From the IMG/VR virus record IMGVR_UViG_3300033076_000793, positions 1 through 37,774 of that record: 37,774 nt of DNA; one strand, written 5' to 3'. Below are positions 33,674 through 37,774 of the stretch, piece by piece. The stretch comes from a virus (lineage: Duplodnaviria; Caudoviricetes). The position numbers and the translations under genes were made by a program. Position 1 is the stretch's first letter. The number at the start of each line of letters is the position of its first letter. The notes beneath the pieces are model-generated. The model made no database searches and was not told the DNA's origin. It saw only the letters and a list, made by a program, of their open reading frames with translations.

Positions 33674-33995
33674 TAAAAAGTCCCTTTGCGTTTTCTATTT
33701 GTTGAAGTATTGATTTTTTTATTTCTAAAAGTATTTTTGCGTCGCCATCTAACAATCTGCTAATTGTAATCTTGTATTTTTCGACGCGTAAATTTTCCAT
33801 GTCTTCAATAATTCTTGATTCTTTGTATCGTAGCTTGTATAACTTTGTAAACAACTCTCTTTGCCTATTGTCTGAACCGGCTTTTTTTATGATCCAATCT
33901 TTTTTAAATTCCCTATAAACTAATTTGGCCGTCAATCTTATGTCATAATCACAAAACTCGCATAGTTCGTAATATTCGTCGATTGAATCGGCCAT
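33651..33995 (-). CDS. Hypothetical protein
   Basis: 114-aa ORF with SD GAGG, preceded by TGGTATAAT at 34026-34. Confidence 0.65.
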   Translation of the reverse strand: MADSIDEYYELCEFCDYDIRLTAKLVYREFKKDWIIKKAGSDNRQRELFTKLYKLRYKESRIIEDMENLRVEKYKITISRLLDGDAKILLEIKKSILQQIENAKGLFNGTTSKT

Positions 33996-34000
33996 TTGCC

Positions 34001-34075
34001 CTAATCCTCAATTTCATTTAGGACAATTATACCAATAATACACAACATTGCGCCAATAATTAATAATGCTGTCAT
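34001..34075 (-). CDS. 24-aa hydrophobic peptide
   Basis: Manual ORF MTALLIIGAMLCIIGIIVLNEIED with SD AAGGA. Confidence 0.45.
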   Translation of the reverse strand: MTALLIIGAMLCIIGIIVLNEIED

Positions 34076-34084
34076 TCTTTTCCT

Positions 34085-34246
34085 TTATTTAAAAATGCTG
34101 TACAATATCCAAGCAATTAATGCTATTGGTGTTGTTATGGCTGTAGCAATAATTCCACCTAAAGCATCTTTTGCTGCAAAAATCAATAGCATAGGAAGTG
34201 TAAAAATTATTGGTAACCATATTGCATTAAAACTTAATTCAATCAT
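34085..34246 (-). CDS. Small two-TM membrane protein (53 aa)
   Basis: Manual ORF MIELSFNAIWLPIIFTLPMLLIFAAK...IALIAWILYSIFK; ATGA overlap. Confidence 0.6.
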   Translation of the reverse strand: MIELSFNAIWLPIIFTLPMLLIFAAKDALGGIIATAITTPIALIAWILYSIFK

Positions 34247-34506
34247 TTTTTTTCTTTGGCTTCATACTTATTACAATAAAAGTCTTTACCATAATTTGTA
34301 TTTAACTTTGTACATATTATTACATTTTTTCTAATTGTTTCCTCATAGTATTTACAGTTATTGCAACTTCTGCTTTTTAAATCTTCAAGTTCTGCGATTG
34401 CTTTTATATAATATTCTTTTTTAACACCTACTGGTTTACAATATGTGTCTTGATTAATTTCTACTTTGTATTCTTGATAGTGTTTTAATATTTCTAATGC
34501 TGTCAT
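34243..34506 (-). CDS. Hypothetical Cys-rich protein
   Basis: AIAELE...SCNNCKY...C...DFYCNKYE. Confidence 0.7.
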   Translation of the reverse strand: MTALEILKHYQEYKVEINQDTYCKPVGVKKEYYIKAIAELEDLKSRSCNNCKYYEETIRKNVIICTKLNTNYGKDFYCNKYEAKEKK

Positions 34507-34700
34507 TTTTCTATTCCTTCCTTTAATTGTTTTTCTGCTATTTCTAGCAACTTTGCTAATTTTATTAAGTCGCCTGATGATATTAATTTATTATCAACTT
34601 TAACTTCAAATGTTTCTTCATCAAATGCATTGAATGTTGCCATTAATTCAGTACATTCATCATCTTCATAAATTTCGTATTTAGTCGGGTATGCTGTCAT
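34503..34700 (-). CDS. Hypothetical protein
   Basis: 65-aa ORF with AAGGATAAACAATG start context. Confidence 0.7.
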   Translation of the reverse strand: MTAYPTKYEIYEDDECTELMATFNAFDEETFEVKVDNKLISSGDLIKLAKLLEIAEKQLKEGIEK

Positions 34701-34703
34701 TGT

Positions 34704-34790
34704 TTATCCTTCTTTTTTAATATCAAGAATGTACATACAAGCGTCAAATACTGCTTGTTGCTCTGAGCTTGCATAAAAGTTTTGTATAAC
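34704..34790 (-). pseudogene. 3' remnant of a paralog of the 4116..4460 gene
   Basis: Start-less frame VIQNFYASSEQQAVFDACMYILDIKKEG versus INHFFAESEQQAVFDACQWILDKDKQ. Confidence 0.7.
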
Positions 34791-34794
34791 TTAA

Positions 34795-35136
34795 TCATTT
34801 ATTTACCTTTAACTCACAATCAAATAATCCTTGATATACTTCATTGCAGTGTCTAAAGTAATATCCCTCATCTTTTGATAAATCATTTAAGTCTATCCAT
34901 ACAGCTTTTAAGCCTAAATCTTTTGCATATTGCTCTATTATTTCTTTAATATAAACAGCAAATCTATATTTATCAAGTTTAAAGTTTCTAGTTAAAAAAG
35001 TAGAGTTATTATCCTCATAACATATTGTAACCTCACCATCAACAAAACTACAGTTAATTACTCTTTCATATATTCCTTCATAATTTTCTAATATTCTTTT
35101 ACAAAATATTTTATTTATTTCAAATGGTGTCATCAT
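34795..35136 (-). CDS. Hypothetical protein
   Basis: 113-aa ORF with SD AAGGA. Confidence 0.65.
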   Translation of the reverse strand: MMTPFEINKIFCKRILENYEGIYERVINCSFVDGEVTICYEDNNSTFLTRNFKLDKYRFAVYIKEIIEQYAKDLGLKAVWIDLNDLSKDEGYYFRHCNEVYQGLFDCELKVNK

Positions 35137-35294
35137 TTTATCCTTGTTATAAATATTGCTTTTTTACTAAATGGTATTTTTACACCCAAAGTACATTGAA
35201 AATTGCTACAACCATACTTTATCGTTTTATCAAAATGTGTGCAATAATCTCTTGTAAATACAAAAAATTTATTTCCTCTATATATCTCTTTCAT
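35133..35294 (-). CDS. Small hypothetical protein (53 aa)
   Basis: Manual ORF MKEIYRGNKFFVFTRDYC...; SD AAGGA; stop overlaps the next start. Confidence 0.55.
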   Translation of the reverse strand: MKEIYRGNKFFVFTRDYCTHFDKTIKYGCSNFQCTLGVKIPFSKKAIFITRIK

Positions 35295-35309
35295 TGTTTA
35301 TCCTTTGGC

Positions 35310-35519
35310 TTAAAGCTTAATGTCCATAATTTTACAAAATCCCGATTCTAAATTTTCATAAATTGGCTTATGATCCTCATCATACAAAACCATGCTTTTG
35401 CCATCTCTTTTCACTTTTTTATCAAACTCCCATGCCATGCAAGCGCTTGTCACACAATGTACAATTAAATCCTTTGTTAAGTAAGGACAAATTTTTTTTG
35501 AAGCTTCCTCAGTTTTCAT
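35310..35519 (-). CDS. Small Cys-rich hypothetical protein
   Basis: EASKKICP...CVTSACMAW...GFC pattern. Confidence 0.7.
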   Translation of the reverse strand: MKTEEASKKICPYLTKDLIVHCVTSACMAWEFDKKVKRDGKSMVLYDEDHKPIYENLESGFCKIMDIKL

Positions 35520-35707
35520 TTATCTACACCTATTTTTATATTTTCATCTTTGCTTGTTGCTTCACACTCAAAGCATATTACCTCGATACAATCCTCAAAA
35601 TCATCATTATTGCTGACCACCTCGCCATCTTCTAAAACAATTGTTGTTAAATAACAATTTCGCTCAACAAAGGTTTTTTCATTCCCGCAGTTTTTACATT
35701 TATACAT
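35516..35707 (-). CDS. Zn-ribbon protein
   Basis: CKNCGN...ICFEC. Confidence 0.7.
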   Translation of the reverse strand: MYKCKNCGNEKTFVERNCYLTTIVLEDGEVVSNNDDFEDCIEVICFECEATSKDENIKIGVDK

Positions 35708-35876
35708 GCTTAATCTCTCTTGCTGTTTCTGCCAATATGTTTTCTTCGAATATGTCTAACGTATCCCAAGCCTCGTCTGGAATGTTGCCATTTTCTATCA
35801 TTTCAATCAAATCTTCTTTTGAATTAGCCTTAATTCTCATTTTTGAATAAGATTCCACCATTACTTCAAATTCCAT
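35700..35876 (-). CDS. Small acidic hypothetical protein (58 aa)
   Basis: Manual ORF MEFEVMVESYSKMRIKANSKEDLIEMIENG... with SD AGGGGG. Confidence 0.6.
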   Translation of the reverse strand: MEFEVMVESYSKMRIKANSKEDLIEMIENGNIPDEAWDTLDIFEENILAETAREIKHV

Positions 35877-36382
35877 AACGCCCCCCTGTTTTTCATTTTT
35901 TCTAAGGCTTTAACGCCCCTTTCGCCCCACGCGATCAACATTGATCCGCTTCCTGCACCGTTTCCGCTTGTCACCCCTAAGCCATCAACAAATCTAACTC
36001 GTTTTTGCAAAAACAAAATAGCGTCTGCTTTCATAACATAATCGTGAAACCAACCGCAATCGGTTCTTGCAAAAACTAAAGCTATACCATTTTTATGAGA
36101 ATCCATTTTGGCAAGCCAATCATTCGTATATTTTCCGTATGGTGGGTTAAGCCACACAAACCCTTCCCACGGCTGCAAAAGTCCATTGTCAATTATTGAA
36201 TAATGTTTTTTGCAAGGTATCCATTCGATTTTCTCTATCGGTTGGCAAGGATCAAGATCGAACACTTCTCCAAGTCCATCAAATATCCATTTTGGCGTGT
36301 ACCAATCTACGCTTTTATTGTCAACATTGTCATGAGTAAAACCTGCCTTTTTTACTTTTAATAATGTTTCCTCAATTTTCAT
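35861..36382 (-). CDS. Phage Dam-like N6-adenine DNA methyltransferase
   Basis: DWYTPKWIF...FDLDPC...GL...W...VWLNPPYG...LVFARTD..WFH...RVRF. Confidence 0.9.
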   Translation of the reverse strand: MKIEETLLKVKKAGFTHDNVDNKSVDWYTPKWIFDGLGEVFDLDPCQPIEKIEWIPCKKHYSIIDNGLLQPWEGFVWLNPPYGKYTNDWLAKMDSHKNGIALVFARTDCGWFHDYVMKADAILFLQKRVRFVDGLGVTSGNGAGSGSMLIAWGERGVKALEKMKNRGALWNLK

Positions 36383-36860
36383 TTGTGCTTCCCCAACCGC
36401 CTGATCTTTCAGTTTGCAATATGTAGTTATCTAAAATCGAACCCGAATGCTGCGCCAAAATTAGCTGACCTATTGCGTCACCTTTTTTAAATTCAATAAA
36501 TCCTTCGCGGTTATGGTTGTGTATCAATAAGCCAATTTCTTGCTTGTGGTCCAAGTCTATTGTTCCATCAGACAAAAAGCTTAATCCTTTTTTTCGTATG
36601 CTACTTCTTGGTTTTAAATCGAAGTAATGTGAATCAAGGAAAAATTCCCACTGTTGTTTGTCAATAAATATTCCGCTCTTAGCCCCTTCGTTTAACAAAT
36701 GTTCATATTGCAAATCTGTATCTAATGCAATGCCGGTTTTTATTAACAAAGTTTCGCCTGCATAAATTGTAAAATCCTTGATTGTGCAAATATCAAAACC
36801 TGCACTTCTTTTTGTTTTTGCCATTGGCAAGATTGCCGTTTCGTCTAGTTTTTTAAACAT
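36372..36860 (-). CDS. dut: Trimeric dUTPase
   Basis: Motifs SAGFDI, PRSS, GTIDLDH, GDAIGQL, ERSGGWGST. Confidence 0.9.
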   Translation of the reverse strand: MFKKLDETAILPMAKTKRSAGFDICTIKDFTIYAGETLLIKTGIALDTDLQYEHLLNEGAKSGIFIDKQQWEFFLDSHYFDLKPRSSIRKKGLSFLSDGTIDLDHKQEIGLLIHNHNREGFIEFKKGDAIGQLILAQHSGSILDNYILQTERSGGWGSTNEN

Positions 36861-36903
36861 TTTTAATCCTTTTTTTGATATTAAATATTAACTAATTATC
36901 TAT

Positions 36904-36933
36904 AAAAAAAGGCTTAAGGCGTTAACCTTAAGC
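36904..36933 (-). terminator. Intrinsic terminator after the MTase gene
   Basis: GCUUAAGG-UUAACG-CCUUAAGC-C-U7 on the minus strand, just after the stop at 36951. Confidence 0.75.
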
Positions 36934-36950
36934 TCTTGAATATTTGATTA

Positions 36951-37774
36951 TCAGCGTTTATTTTTTTCTTTGTAATCTTCCCAATTAACCTCTACCCCGT
37001 TGATCTTGATTTTGTCTATCTGTGTGTAGTCGCACCATCTTTGGACGATTACTTGAGCAAATTTGGGATCGAGTTCCATTAAACGGGCTTTTCTTGTAAT
37101 GTTTTCACAGGCAATCATTGTTGTGCCACTTCCACCAAATAAGTCTAATGCGACATCCTTTGTTTTTGATGAGTTGTAAATTGCTTTTTCTACTAGCTCC
37201 ACAGGTTTCATAGTCGGGTGTAGCTCACTAACTTTTGGGCGTTTAAAATCCCAAACATCAGATTGCTTTCTATCTTCAAGAGGGCAAAGCCTAGAGCCAT
37301 CAAGCCAACCATACCAGATAGGCTCATACTTTGTGTGATAATCTTTTCTTGACATGACAAGCGTGTCTTTGTTCCATATTATTGTACTGGACCAGTGATA
37401 ATCATTTTGAGCTAATGTTAACATCATATTGCCCCATTCCTGTGACGACATTACAACATAAGTCATACACCCTTTTTTGCTATTATTTTTCATGTTTTTA
37501 AAGATTGAAAACATAAATTTTTTAAAATCTTCTGTTCCCATAAAATCGTTCATAATAGTTCTTGGTTTATAACCTCGTGGGTTGTCGTCTTTGACTGCCC
37601 CATAGTTAACGTTCCAGGGTGGGTCTGTAAATACAACATCAGCCTTTGCCCCATCCATCAGCTTTTTAACATCATCTTCGCTCGTACTGTCCCCACACAT
37701 TAGCCTATGATTGCCAAGCTCAATAATGTCGCCTCGATTGATTACGGGGTTTTCTTCGACTTCAGGTACTTCAT
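36951..37774 (-). CDS. Beta-class DNA methyltransferase, allele B; 5' part (ParB domain) lies beyond the window end
   Basis: Frame is open to the end (EVPEVEENPVINRGDIIELGNHRLMCGDST); VFTDPPW...HPTMKPV...LDLFGGSGTT...MELDPKF. Confidence 0.92.
   Translation of the reverse strand, partial: EVPEVEENPVINRGDIIELGNHRLMCGDSTSEDDVKKLMDGAKADVVFTDPPWNVNYGAVKDDNPRGYKPRTIMNDFMGTEDFKKFMFSIFKNMKNNSKKGCMTYVVMSSQEWGNMMLTLAQNDYHWSSTIIWNKDTLVMSRKDYHTKYEPIWYGWLDGSRLCPLEDRKQSDVWDFKRPKVSELHPTMKPVELVEKAIYNSSKTKDVALDLFGGSGTTMIACENITRKARLMELDPKFAQVIVQRWCDYTQIDKIKINGVEVNWEDYKEKNKR

Overview
The window looks like a complete or nearly complete ~37.0 kb AT-rich siphovirus-type phage genome with every real gene on the minus strand. 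AAGGA ribosome-binding sites and TTAAG...TAnAAT promoter-like motifs suggest a Campylobacterota host, but that is inference. Gene order in the direction of transcription: MTase, dUTPase, Dam-like MTase and small accessory genes; TerS and TerL; portal-MuF fusion, protease and capsid; neck and tail genes (GGGAAAG -1 frameshift chaperone, tape measure, DUF2460/DUF2163/NlpC-P60, tip protein); Mtd-like receptor-binding protein; lysis cassette; replication; RecE/RecT-like recombination; accessory genes; HNH; ParB-MTase. I see no integrase, repressor, reverse transcriptase, tRNA or CRISPR array. Most notable: (1) the two ends carry two different alleles of one ParB-DNA methyltransferase (DPPY versus DPPW) with identical flanks and a swapped core; (2) the Mtd-like tail protein ends in a DGR-type variable region (62% GC, no A at any wobble position) although no template repeat or RT is visible; (3) two structured non-coding leaders with alternative pairings precede the replication and recombination operons; (4) the HNH gene appears to have captured the MTase 5' end; (5) a prfB-like +1 frameshift may join a membrane anchor to a transglycosylase-like domain. 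All product calls come from motif recognition by eye, not from database searches.
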